DNA of 64,000 nucleotides from an uncultured virus (IMG/VR IMGVR_UViG_3300042350_005045) (Duplodnaviria; Heunggongvirae; Uroviricota; Caudoviricetes), in the IMG/VR virus record IMGVR_UViG_3300042350_005045; one strand, written 5' to 3'. The position numbers and the translations under genes are program-made. The notes beneath the pieces are model-generated. The model ran no database searches and was not told where the DNA came from. It saw only the letters and a program-made list of their open reading frames with translations. Shown in pieces: positions 19,301 to 27,882 of the stretch. How positions within the stretch are numbered: the first letter of the stretch is position 1; each line of letters begins with the position of its first letter.

Positions 19301-20738
19301 TACGGTGCCTGATGGCGAAGCCGGCACTCAACGCAGTGCACAACTAACTTTGGCTGGTAATAGTTTTGCGGAAACTATACAATCTAACTCATTCTTTAAT
19401 ACAACCTCTGGAGGCGCTGGCGCATATGTTTTTACTAGGTCAAATAGTACAACTGTAGGTTCACACACAGTTGTCAGCTCTGGCAATGTACTGGGAACCT
19501 TGCAATGGGCGGGCTCTGATGGAGCAAATTATATTCGCGCCGCTTTTATTCGCGCCGAAGTAGATGGCACTCCTGGCCTTAATGACATGCCGGGCAGGAT
19601 CGTCCTGAGCACAACCGCAGATGGAGCGAGTAGCCCAACGGAGCGGATGAGGATTACATCGGCAGGCAACGTTGGCATTGGTACAAGTATTGGCACTTGG
19701 ACACCTGGCGCCACTCTTGATGTGCGTTCTGGTTCTAACAGCACAGCCGTCGAAGAAATTGCCGCATTTGCGCGGCCAGATGCATTAGTTCGTGCGTCAA
19801 TCAATAAAGGTGTAGTTTCTGGCAACGGCATTTCATTTGGTACTACTACAAATCATCCATTTGTTTTAAGGACAAACGCCCTTGAAAGGATTGTTATTGG
19901 CGCCACTGGTACAACAACGCTAACGTCTGACGCGTCTACCGCACCTTTTGTTGCCAACATTGGCGCCCTCGAAGCAGCCCGCATCGACGGCTCCGGCAGG
20001 TTGTTAGTTGGCACGACTACTACGCCTCCTGCAATCGAAACACTTACTCCCGGTTTAGTTCGTTCGGGTGCTGGTTCCACATTGGATGAGTATTCGGCAG
20101 GTCTGTACTGCTATAGAAATGCAGGCGGATCAGGAAGACAAACTGTTGCGCCGCGTTTCTTTTTTGCTAGATCGCGCAGTGCCGTTAATAATGCTACCGG
20201 TGGTGTTGTCTTAGATAACGACGATTTAGGCAACATTCGTTTCACTGGCGATGATGGAACAAACTTTATTACAGCGGCAGAAATCCTTGCCAAAGTAGAC
20301 GGCACCCCTGGCACCAACGACATGCCGGGCCGGATCGTTCTTAGCACCACACCAGATGGTACTGCCACTCCTGTAGAGCGTTTCCGTATTACCAACGACG
20401 GTGTTCATGCTTACAACCAACCAGCTCCTGCTGCCGTCAACGCTACTGCAACGCTGACTATTGCCAACCTCAAAACCGGCATCATCACCAGTACGTCAGC
20501 AGCAGCAACCGACATGACGCTGCCCACTGGCACCAACACTCAAGCCGGATTTAGTGGCACCTATGACAACTTCACCTTTGAGTGGAGCGTCATCAACACA
20601 GGCCCAAGCTTGGTGCGTGTACTAGCTGGCACAGCTCACACCATCGTCGGCTCCGGCTCTGTTGCTACTGGCACATCCGGACGCTTTGCTTCACGACGCA
20701 CGGCGGCGAATACGTTCGTGACCTATCGCCTGAGTTAG
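16305..20738 (+). CDS. Long tail fibre / receptor-binding protein
   Basis: 1477 aa; MANRKISEFP N-terminus; T/G-rich periodic repeats; repeated RIDSSGRLLVGT, GNVGIG and VDGTPGxNDMPGRIVLSTT modules. Confidence 0.85.
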   Translation: MANRKISEFPAISGIDIVDQDLLSLVHVFEVDPTLRNKKLTFTEFRSYLNQYYANISGATISGNFVITGNLSVSGASAFNTLTTTGASTFSGIVVQNNATVSGTISGATITGNALQGTTLNAVTVTATTVTGTSGLFTSGVYQTLSGATITGNTISATSGVFTSLSGTTITGGTVNATTGTFQSLSTPVLNISGNLSVASGLTVTGIAQFASGVQITGTLSGGTVTGTTARFTTYTGVSGVYTTQLSGATITGNTGRFSNITGVSGVFTTRVSGATVTGNTGSFGNVTGISGVFTEILSGLTITGNTGKYGTISGVSGVYTTQLSGATITGDNVNATFVTGASGVFTSNISGLTVTGTSGLFTIINGGSGIFSSSLSGNTVTGNNANFTTVTGITGTFTTIVSGLTVTGNTGSFTNLTGIAGVFTTSISGATVTGNTVQGTSGVFSNLSGTTITGTTVNATTGVFNTLQATNLSFTNTTVSGDLNVLGSGFFASGVQITGTLSGTTINAITGVFTTEVSGVTAIFTTGNFTSLTGTTTNGTTAIFTTGTFTSLTGTTSRGTTANFTTGTFTSLTGTTSRGTTAIFTTGTFTSLTGTTSRGTTAIFTNGNFTSLTGTTTTGTTANFTTGTFSSITGGIATITSGIYATGNTTNPSISFSGDSDTGVYSPGANSIAITNSGVTRFTITDSGIVRIGPGSTQSLATVPVGADVHFDGIAPTPNASTYHGVAIVSRGGDVFGGAAAEALHFYSVGWNSYASITHGTSGFGDNLTFSGCDDIFIDAAARTVLRGPTSVEIQTGVGGTPRVIANATELVINGNTLDYDFRVGGDTNANLFFVDASTDRIGIGTVSPATLLHLSSSTGSATPTPTELRIATTTAASDWSVTNPWGRISFYSEDGSAFGPKIHASIDATALTTAGGTSDIVFRTNNNTSNTLDARMVIKGDSSAAGARVGIGTTSPGGALEIQAAATIHPLIVQGPSSEFARIDSSGRLLVGTTSALTVPDGEAGTQRSAQLTLAGNSFAETIQSNSFFNTTSGGAGAYVFTRSNSTTVGSHTVVSSGNVLGTLQWAGSDGANYIRAAFIRAEVDGTPGLNDMPGRIVLSTTADGASSPTERMRITSAGNVGIGTSIGTWTPGATLDVRSGSNSTAVEEIAAFARPDALVRASINKGVVSGNGISFGTTTNHPFVLRTNALERIVIGATGTTTLTSDASTAPFVANIGALEAARIDGSGRLLVGTTTTPPAIETLTPGLVRSGAGSTLDEYSAGLYCYRNAGGSGRQTVAPRFFFARSRSAVNNATGGVVLDNDDLGNIRFTGDDGTNFITAAEILAKVDGTPGTNDMPGRIVLSTTPDGTATPVERFRITNDGVHAYNQPAPAAVNATATLTIANLKTGIITSTSAAATDMTLPTGTNTQAGFSGTYDNFTFEWSVINTGPSLVRVLAGTAHTIVGSGSVATGTSGRFASRRTAANTFVTYRLS
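17869..18195 (+). repeat. 60-nt tandem repeats (20-aa unit TAIFTTGTFTSLTGTTSRGT) in the tail fibre
   Basis: 18001-18060 and 18061-18120 are identical; about 5 units in total. Confidence 0.9.
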
Positions 20739-20789
20739 TAATTTTGCCCGGTAACTTCCCACTGTTAAAATAAAAAAAAATGATTAATT

Positions 20790-21113
20790 ATGGCTAATGT
20801 TATTTGGGATATTTCTAATCTTGAACGTCATCTTCCTGATGGGGACACCTGTCCCAATGGCGCAGTATACACTGTTTATTGGACTGCATCTTTAGAGGAA
20901 GATGGTGAAATTGCTAGTGGCTATGGCAGCATCGGACTTGGTGCGCCCGATCCCGATAACTTCACTCCTTTTGGTGAACTTACCAAGGAAGAAGTAGTAA
21001 ACTGGACTCTAGCAGCACTTGGTGTTGATCGAGTTGTTTCGATTGAAGAAGCACTTTACAATCAAATCCAAGCTACTTTGCATCCAACTTCTAAAACCGG
21101 TGTCCCTTGGTGA
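20790..21113 (+). CDS. Tail-fibre-associated protein
   Basis: W.I..LER...VYW...FTPFGELTKEEVVNW...GVPW pattern, directly after the fibre gene. Confidence 0.6.
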   Translation: MANVIWDISNLERHLPDGDTCPNGAVYTVYWTASLEEDGEIASGYGSIGLGAPDPDNFTPFGELTKEEVVNWTLAALGVDRVVSIEEALYNQIQATLHPTSKTGVPW

Positions 21114-21147
21114 TTTTTGTTATACTGTTTGAAGTTATTGCTTCGTT

Positions 21148-21321
21148 ATGGCTTGCACTAAAGCTGAGTTGATTTCTGCTATCAATTCTTTTGGCGCTGC
21201 ACGTGCTACTGGTGATGGCAACCTTGTTGCGTTTGCTGGCAATCTCATTGGTAAATTAATCGAAACCCTTGAGTTTGCTCCTGAAAAAACAGAAGAACCA
21301 ACAGAAGAAATTGCTGAGTGA
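21148..21321 (+). CDS. Small hypothetical protein
   Basis: MACTKAELISAINSFGAARATGDGNLVAFA..., with TATACT upstream. Confidence 0.55.
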   Translation: MACTKAELISAINSFGAARATGDGNLVAFAGNLIGKLIETLEFAPEKTEEPTEEIAE

Positions 21322-21364
21322 AAAATAGACCTGATCTAGAGTTGTACTAACGCTCTAGGTCGAT

Positions 21365-22384
21365 ATGTCTATTAAACTCACGGATGCAGCTAAGTTTTTT
21401 AATGAAGAGCTGCATCAAATTGAAGCATGGAATTGGCTCCAGGGGGCTCTTACTCCAGAGACTCTGGATATTTTTGCGTCTAAATATAGAACCAAGCCTG
21501 TACTTAAACCTTCCCTAGAAACAGATAACACTTGGGACGGTGTTTATGCAGCGGCAAAACAAGCTGGCGCCAAATTTCCGGAATGCGTTAGTGCGCAATG
21601 GGCACTTGAATCTGGTTGGGGTAAACACACATCAGGCCAAAACAATTACTTTGGTTTAAAAGGATCTGGTACCAGCGTCAACACACAGGAATTTATCAAC
21701 GGAAAGTGGATCACGATTAAAGCAGGGTTCCTTGATTTTCCTGATCTTGCAACCTGTGTCACATACCTTGTAGATCGCTGGTACAAAGACTTTGGCCGTT
21801 TTAAAGGTGTTAACCGTGCTCAATCACGGAATGAATGTGCACAGCTTTTAGTTAAGGAAGGGTACGCAACTGATCCTGACTATGCGACCAAATTGATTCA
21901 AATCATGGACCGCCAACTGCAAAACAGCGGTACTGAACAAGATCCTGCTGATCCACACAGCAATAACTTCAATCCTTGGAGCCCTTTCAACTACAAGATT
22001 ACACCTAATATCACATACGGTGAACTGACTCTTAACCAGGAAAAGCGCCGCTTTACCAAGCAGTATCAATGTGACACAGCAAAAGAACTTTGTTTATTCC
22101 TGGAGAAAGTCCGTAAACAATTTGGTAACAAGCCACTCATCATTACCAGTGCTTCTCGTCCAGAGCCCATCAATACACAAGTAGGTGGCGCCAAGAACAG
22201 TGAGCATACTTACGACGCACCGTCCAAGGGCGCTATTGATTTTTATGTTGAAGGAGATGGGATTTATGCTGTGCAAGAATGGTGCGATAGAAATTGGCCG
22301 TACTCAGTAGGCTATGGAGCACCAAAAGGATTCATACACCTTGGCATCCGACCAGGAAAACCTCGCGTGCGCTGGGACTATTGA
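21365..22384 (+). CDS. Endolysin: GH73 glucosaminidase plus M15 peptidase
   Basis: AQWALESGWG...NNYFGLK...GYATDPDY; ITSASR...SEH...AIDF...FIHLGIR. Confidence 0.9.
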   Translation: MSIKLTDAAKFFNEELHQIEAWNWLQGALTPETLDIFASKYRTKPVLKPSLETDNTWDGVYAAAKQAGAKFPECVSAQWALESGWGKHTSGQNNYFGLKGSGTSVNTQEFINGKWITIKAGFLDFPDLATCVTYLVDRWYKDFGRFKGVNRAQSRNECAQLLVKEGYATDPDYATKLIQIMDRQLQNSGTEQDPADPHSNNFNPWSPFNYKITPNITYGELTLNQEKRRFTKQYQCDTAKELCLFLEKVRKQFGNKPLIITSASRPEPINTQVGGAKNSEHTYDAPSKGAIDFYVEGDGIYAVQEWCDRNWPYSVGYGAPKGFIHLGIRPGKPRVRWDY

Positions 22385-22547
22385 CGTGAAGAAACACAAG
22401 GATAAACCCACGCGCATCAATATGTGCTGGCAAATAGGTGACGAAAAAAAATGCGCGACCCTACCAAGGGAGCACGCATATGAAACAAGGGATTGGGTGG
22501 AAGAACAGGGTGGCGTCGTATTCTGGACGCAAGTGTTGCCTGATTGA

Positions 22548-22712
22548 TCAGCGCTGCTTGGCGCGACCGATTACAAATCCTGCGATCTCAATCAATTTAT
22601 AGAGCTTGCCGACGAGTTTGTCATCGGAAGGGGTCGGGGTAAGTGCGCAAATAGCAGAAGCTGCTGCATGAATAACAAGCGCAGTTTCAAAGTACTGGTT
22701 AAGGTGAGCCAT
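22548..22712 (-). CDS. Small membrane protein (holin-like)
   Basis: MAHLNQYFETALVIHAAASAICALTPTPSDDKLVGKLYKLIEIAGFVIGRAKQR. Confidence 0.55.
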   Translation of the reverse strand: MAHLNQYFETALVIHAAASAICALTPTPSDDKLVGKLYKLIEIAGFVIGRAKQR

Positions 22713-22987
22713 GGTTATATTCCGTTTCTTGTATTCTAGATTGCCTACTACCGATCAAAAATATTGTCTTCCTGTGCACTAAAGAAATCATCCCAATCTT
22801 TTTGAGTTGCCTCGGTAATCCTGGGATTTTCCTTTAAATCTTTAGATTCTTTTTCGTTTTGTTTTTCGTTAGACGTCATAGCAACGACATTCAAGAGCGC
22901 TTGGATTGCTAATACAATACTGTGCCCAAGCCAAAGTGGGTGAATGTTTTGTTACAGGTTTTTTAAACAGGTTTAACAAAAGTTTAA

Positions 22988-23749
22988 TCATGGTCTGTTT
23001 GTTAGAGGAACAAAGAGTTCAGGGAACCGATCAGTGTCTTGATGATCCCTTTCCCATGCATTCTGCCATTCGGACAAAGAATGATCGTGTATTGTGTTGT
23101 AATACTCATCATTGCCTACTTCAAGAATAATTTTAGAGTTTTCTTCATCAACAGCATCTTCTTGCAAGCAAACGCTTCCGTCAGAATCTTCTAACTCAAA
23201 AAAAGCTTCGTCAACAGTAAACTCAATAACAATACCAAGTTCATAGGCAAGTGGTTCATTTCGTGTTGATGAAACGCAAATGAGGTAGCTGCCTGCTTCT
23301 AGTGGAAAGTAACGGTCATCACCACGATCAAGTCGTAAGCGATCAAAAGTATTGTAAAGATCAGACTGAACACTCATTACCGTATCTAAATACGGAATAT
23401 ATTTTGTTCCGTTAGTTTGTGTCGTAACAGAATCCGCATCAAAGATGGCATTACCTTGGATTGGAGTCTTGTTAAGATCGTACGCAGATACTTGAATGTA
23501 CTTAGGGCGCGGCGGTCCTTTTGTCAAGATGATCCAACCAGGTTCCGTTAAATTGACCTGGAACCAGTGATTGTAAGTACCGCCCCCAATACCACCGTTA
23601 GAGATCTGCCTGGTATCTGCACGTCCAATGGGTTTGTATTGAGCGCCAAGCGTACCTTTCAGATAGCGCAGCGTAGTCTGGCTAAACGTACCGAGTAGTA
23701 ATGGATCGTTTTGGGTGCGTTGCGATTGACTAAGTGCACTCCTCGACAT
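22988..23749 (-). CDS. Hypothetical protein
   Basis: Long ORF, likely start MSRSAL. Confidence 0.6.
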   Translation of the reverse strand: MSRSALSQSQRTQNDPLLLGTFSQTTLRYLKGTLGAQYKPIGRADTRQISNGGIGGGTYNHWFQVNLTEPGWIILTKGPPRPKYIQVSAYDLNKTPIQGNAIFDADSVTTQTNGTKYIPYLDTVMSVQSDLYNTFDRLRLDRGDDRYFPLEAGSYLICVSSTRNEPLAYELGIVIEFTVDEAFFELEDSDGSVCLQEDAVDEENSKIILEVGNDEYYNTIHDHSLSEWQNAWERDHQDTDRFPELFVPLTNRP

Positions 23750-24446
23750 ATGGTTCGTAACACATGGCCTTATCTTCATCATAATCCGGGGTATTTTTGT
23801 TTACCAATGGATGTTGAATCGTACTTTTGTATTGCTTTTCCATGATCTGCTCTGGCTCCTTACGCATTTGATTCCGTGCTGCATACATTAGTTTCTCAGG
23901 ATTGAACTCATAATCAAACGGATGAATGGCCTGTGGCGGAAACGTGCGGTTCCAACTTGAGACCATATGGAGAGGATTGAGACACGCTTTGTTTTTGCAC
24001 AGACGTGTGACGAACATCTTGCCGACATCTCCCCAAGTGCATTGGTAAATCACCTTGTGAGCTGAGATGTTATCCGAAAGGCGTTTGTCACCCACAGAAC
24101 GGTACGAAGGAAACCGAATGCGGGCGTTGACAAGAGACGGGGCTTCCCAACAGTCTTCAAAGTGACCAACTGAGATCTGTTTCCAGATCATCAGAAGACG
24201 TGTCTTGTACGCTGCATGGACGTAATTCAAGTCAAAAGCGCAGTTGTTGCTTTGGATCTTGCGCACGCAGTCATAGCACCAATGCTGGTTGGTGTCACGT
24301 ATCCGATGACCATAGGCACATGGGAAACCCACGTAATAGCCATGTGTTTCAAGTTGTTGGGGAGAAAGCCGCTCAATGTTGGGTACATGGCGAAAACCAG
24401 AGCGTGATTTAGCAATGTCCAACATGCGATTCAAGTTGTTAGCCAT
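23730..24446 (-). CDS. His-Cys/HNH-like Zn-binding endonuclease-like protein
   Basis: C..GH...CYDC; DCWE...SAHKVIY...LCKNKACLNPLHM. Confidence 0.6.
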   Translation of the reverse strand: MANNLNRMLDIAKSRSGFRHVPNIERLSPQQLETHGYYVGFPCAYGHRIRDTNQHWCYDCVRKIQSNNCAFDLNYVHAAYKTRLLMIWKQISVGHFEDCWEAPSLVNARIRFPSYRSVGDKRLSDNISAHKVIYQCTWGDVGKMFVTRLCKNKACLNPLHMVSSWNRTFPPQAIHPFDYEFNPEKLMYAARNQMRKEPEQIMEKQYKSTIQHPLVNKNTPDYDEDKAMCYEPYVEECT

Positions 24447-24447
24447 G

Positions 24448-24888
24448 TCATTCCTCGATTTTGATGCCTTGTTCCCGCTCCAGTTGGTGAACTGAAATAC
24501 CGTCTCGAGCTTGATCGTTATAAACAAGCTGCCCTTCTGCGTTCCGTACGCGTCTCCGCCACTTGGGTGTCGGTTTGGGCTTGCGTTGGAACAAGGTCAG
24601 CTCAAGGCGGTTGTCACGGGTGGGGTTGTCAGCACCGTGCATTACGTCGGCAGTACCAGGGTCTTCACCTGTGCGTAGGTAGTAGACGATCCGATGCGCT
24701 GTGTAGCGGGTGCCCGCCAGGAAGACGTAGTAATAACGCCCGTCTAACCGTTGAGTACCAGCCATCTCTCCGGGCTTGTGGTAGCGCCCTTCTGAGCGCC
24801 ACACCAGACCTGACGGGTAGTCGTCCGAGAGTTCCACCTGTTCTTGCAGCCACCAGAGCGGCAGCATTTTCTGGTAAGTACGGGACAT
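24448..24888 (-). CDS. HNH homing endonuclease-like protein
   Basis: SGLVW...GEMAG...YTAHRIVYYL..G...VMH...DNRLEL. Confidence 0.65.
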   Translation of the reverse strand: MSRTYQKMLPLWWLQEQVELSDDYPSGLVWRSEGRYHKPGEMAGTQRLDGRYYYVFLAGTRYTAHRIVYYLRTGEDPGTADVMHGADNPTRDNRLELTLFQRKPKPTPKWRRRVRNAEGQLVYNDQARDGISVHQLEREQGIKIEE

Positions 24889-25253
24889 TGATGCCAGGGA
24901 TGTGGTGTTGTCACAGCATAGCAGATATTGGCACGTAAAGCAGGGCGGAAAAAGGGCAAACATTGGTGTGGCAAGCGCTCTATTTTTCTTATATTAGGTT
25001 TTACGACAACTTGTAGAAAGTGTCGCATTAGTTCTGTTGCATCACGTATCTATTGTCTCATCCCTTTCTCATCTTGAGAAATTACGACACTTTCGTAAAA
25101 CTGTCGTATTGCTTATATAGGGTTATAGAAGCCTCTTGTCGCACCACATTTTTCGCCCATAAGGATGGTTGCATCACTAGAGTCCCACCCTCCCCTCTTT
25201 TTTTGCCGCATCCGTCTCGCTTTAGACGCACTCCTGACACCTTTTCAGGCCAC

Positions 25254-25289
25254 AAAAAAGCCCCCACTGACGTGGAGGCCTGGGGCTTG
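25254..25289 (-). terminator. Intrinsic terminator after the glycosyltransferase gene
   Basis: AAGCCCC...GGGGCTT stem with an A-run on the left (T-run on the - strand). Confidence 0.65.
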
Positions 25290-25300
25290 TGACAATCTCA

Positions 25301-26581
25301 TCAATCAAGCAAACTGGCTGATTCTCGTTTGGGACTCTTGCGACGTTTCGTTTTCCGCTTTGGCTGTTCACTGATCTCATCTGAGACTGAGTGATCGACT
25401 TGATTCATGACGTCCTCGAAGATGCCGCCAAACTGAGACGCAACCGTGTCCCATGAGAACTGCGGATCCATCACACGTTCCCGGCAGCGTGTGCCCACCC
25501 ACTCACGGATGCCTTTGTCTTGGTACAGGTACTCCAAGATCTCAGCGAGGTGGTCAGAGGACGGGCATGGCATCTCACGTGCGTAGTTGGTATCCACATC
25601 GATGTGGTCGCAACGGATCAGTTCGACATAGCCTTCAAAGATCTCCTTGCATGACGTATGGTCGGGCACTACCTGCGGCACACCACAGGCAGCGTGTTCA
25701 AAGTTGACAAGACCCCAGCCTTCACCTTTGCAGGTGTTAACGCCCACATCAACAGCGTTATAGATCGTGTTCAGCATGTCCACTGATACGTTCGGCGGGC
25801 CTTCCGTCTGCGTGGTCATGATGATGCGTCCGTTAGGATCCAGCCCAACTCTTGACATTTCTCGTGCAAAGACACCCATCACATCCCAGCCTTGGTCCTT
25901 GAGTCCCATATGTAGATACAGTTGCGCTTCCGGCTTATCAACTGCAAAGCGAGCAAAGGCCTGGATCGTGATGTCAATCCGTTTGCGGAACTGGTTCCTA
26001 TTTCCGTTGAAGACAATGAACAAGTCTTCTTTGAGTCCCAACTTGCGACGACATTCTTTCTTGTCCATAGGATAGAACTGCCCTGGTGTCACACCATGGG
26101 GAATGACGGCAATAGGTTTGCGGATGCCGCCGGCCACAAATTCGTGTGCACCAAATTCTGTGTACGAAATGATGGCGTCCCAATCGTTAGCGGTATCGGC
26201 GAGGCAGCCAATCCACCCATACGAATCCATGGGAGCGTAACCCACAAATTTAAATTTGCCTTGCTTATGCAGGTCTTGGATTTGCCGGTATTGTTCATTG
26301 ATGATCCACATGTCATTGATGGTGAACACGATGTCAGGTTGTTCACGTTCAACGATCTCGCGGATGCGTTGCTCACCGAAGGGCGCAGTTTGGAATCGAT
26401 TAGACGACGGATAAATCTTGAAGTCTTTCTGTTGCTCACATGGATCACCCCACCAATTGTGGCCAAGGACCACAATTTCAAAATCATCCTTAAGGCGATA
26501 GATGACGTTTTCAGTAACACGTGCAAAGCCGGTCATGGCAACGATGTCACCGCACCACAGTACTTTTGTTTTTTTGGACAC
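25301..26581 (-). CDS. GT-B (GT4-like) glycosyltransferase
   Basis: TGFARV...IPHGV...NRNQFRKRID...YNAVDV...GEGWGLVNFEHAACGVPQV. Confidence 0.9.
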   Translation of the reverse strand: MSKKTKVLWCGDIVAMTGFARVTENVIYRLKDDFEIVVLGHNWWGDPCEQQKDFKIYPSSNRFQTAPFGEQRIREIVEREQPDIVFTINDMWIINEQYRQIQDLHKQGKFKFVGYAPMDSYGWIGCLADTANDWDAIISYTEFGAHEFVAGGIRKPIAVIPHGVTPGQFYPMDKKECRRKLGLKEDLFIVFNGNRNQFRKRIDITIQAFARFAVDKPEAQLYLHMGLKDQGWDVMGVFAREMSRVGLDPNGRIIMTTQTEGPPNVSVDMLNTIYNAVDVGVNTCKGEGWGLVNFEHAACGVPQVVPDHTSCKEIFEGYVELIRCDHIDVDTNYAREMPCPSSDHLAEILEYLYQDKGIREWVGTRCRERVMDPQFSWDTVASQFGGIFEDVMNQVDHSVSDEISEQPKRKTKRRKSPKRESASLLD

Positions 26582-26657
26582 AGTTGATCGAATATTCTCC
26601 GATCAACTATAGCTTTTTTCGCGAGTTTAGCGACGGTAGACTAGAAAAAAACCATAT

Positions 26658-27549
26658 TATGAATCCGAATCTTGCTGGAAAGTTTATGCAGCTTCAGCAG
26701 AATGAGTTGTTTAACGAGTTCCAAGAAGGTTTGATGACAGGTGTTCCCGCCGGTTTAAGTTTAATTGGTACTGATACGTCGTTACCACAGGTTGCCCTTC
26801 AAACCGTTGGAGCAGTTGCAGGTGGTTTTGGTATTGGGATGTTAGGTAAACATATAGGAGCTGCGCTTGGAAAACGCCTTCACCCACAAGCATTAAAAGA
26901 TCAAGCAGGATTAGCGGCAAATTTTGGTCGGCTTGCAGGTCAAAAAACAATTGCACAAGGTGGCGCAGAAACAATGCGTTACGCGAAAGGACAAATCAAA
27001 CAAGAGTTAAAACAACAAACTTCATCTCAACTTTTAGATGAAGCACTTCAAAACCCCCAAAGTTTTGCAGGCAAGTATGGGATTGATGCAGAGACTTTTA
27101 AAAAATATCACTCAGCCGTAAACCAAGCAGGACAAGCGCGTGCTGCCCTGGAAACCATTGAGAATTTATCCCCTCAACAACGCAAAGAAATGGGAACAAT
27201 TGCAACAAATGTAATGAACCAAGGGTTTAATCAAGTCGAAAATTTAATCAACGTACAAGCTGCGGCTAATATGGATAACAACATTGTTAAGATGGCAATG
27301 CTTACCAAAGGCAAGACAGTCCCTGGTACGGACATGGATATAGGCAAGACTTTTGAGACTTTATTAAAACAACCCAGCGCTATTACAGGTGAACATGTTG
27401 GACGTGCTGTGGGACGTTTTATTGGAGATGAGGTAGGCGTAGTAACAGGCATCGGACTTACCGGCGCACTGGCGGGCGCTCTTGGCATGAAAACCGAAAA
27501 GGATAAAAAGATTGAAGAGCTAGAACGGCAACTAGGTCGGAGTTACTGA
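26658..27549 (+). CDS. Hypothetical G/A/Q-rich protein with glycine-zipper segments
   Basis: Likely start MNPNLAGKF; lone + strand gene inside the - strand block. Confidence 0.55.
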
Positions 27550-27882
27550 CCGTTTTACTTCCTTTTGTTCCACGGTACCCGCCTTTAACTTCTCCGCTAA
27601 AAACTTTGCAGCTTTATGCGTTTGCGTGGTATCGCCGCATGTGTAGAGATCGATTGCGCAGTATCCAATCTCTGGCCACGTATGGATAGAGGCATGTGAT
27701 TCTGCCAGCAAAGCAAGTAGCGTCACCCCTTGCGGCTGGAATTTTTCCCCAAAGATCCGAAGGATAGTGGCGTTTGCCATCACAAGAGAAGCCTCAAGCA
27801 ATCGTTGAAGCTCCTCATAGTCATCAAGGATCTGCTTATCGCAGTCGTACAGATCCAAAATAAGGTGACGGCCGTCGCTCAC
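27532..27882 (-). CDS. speD: S-adenosylmethionine decarboxylase proenzyme
   Basis: GRHLILDLYDC...FQPQGVT...LAESHASIHTWPE...DLYTCG. Confidence 0.95.
   Translation of the reverse strand: MSDGRHLILDLYDCDKQILDDYEELQRLLEASLVMANATILRIFGEKFQPQGVTLLALLAESHASIHTWPEIGYCAIDLYTCGDTTQTHKAAKFLAEKLKAGTVEQKEVKRSVTPT

Noticed and set aside
16305..20738. Diversity-generating retroelement target
   Set aside because: No reverse transcriptase and no template/variable repeat pair with adenine-specific differences in the window.
25301..27882. DNA hypermodification pathway from glycosyltransferase plus speD
   Set aside because: No hydroxymethylase, kinase or base-transfer gene recognised; ThyX and dcd point to ordinary dTTP synthesis.
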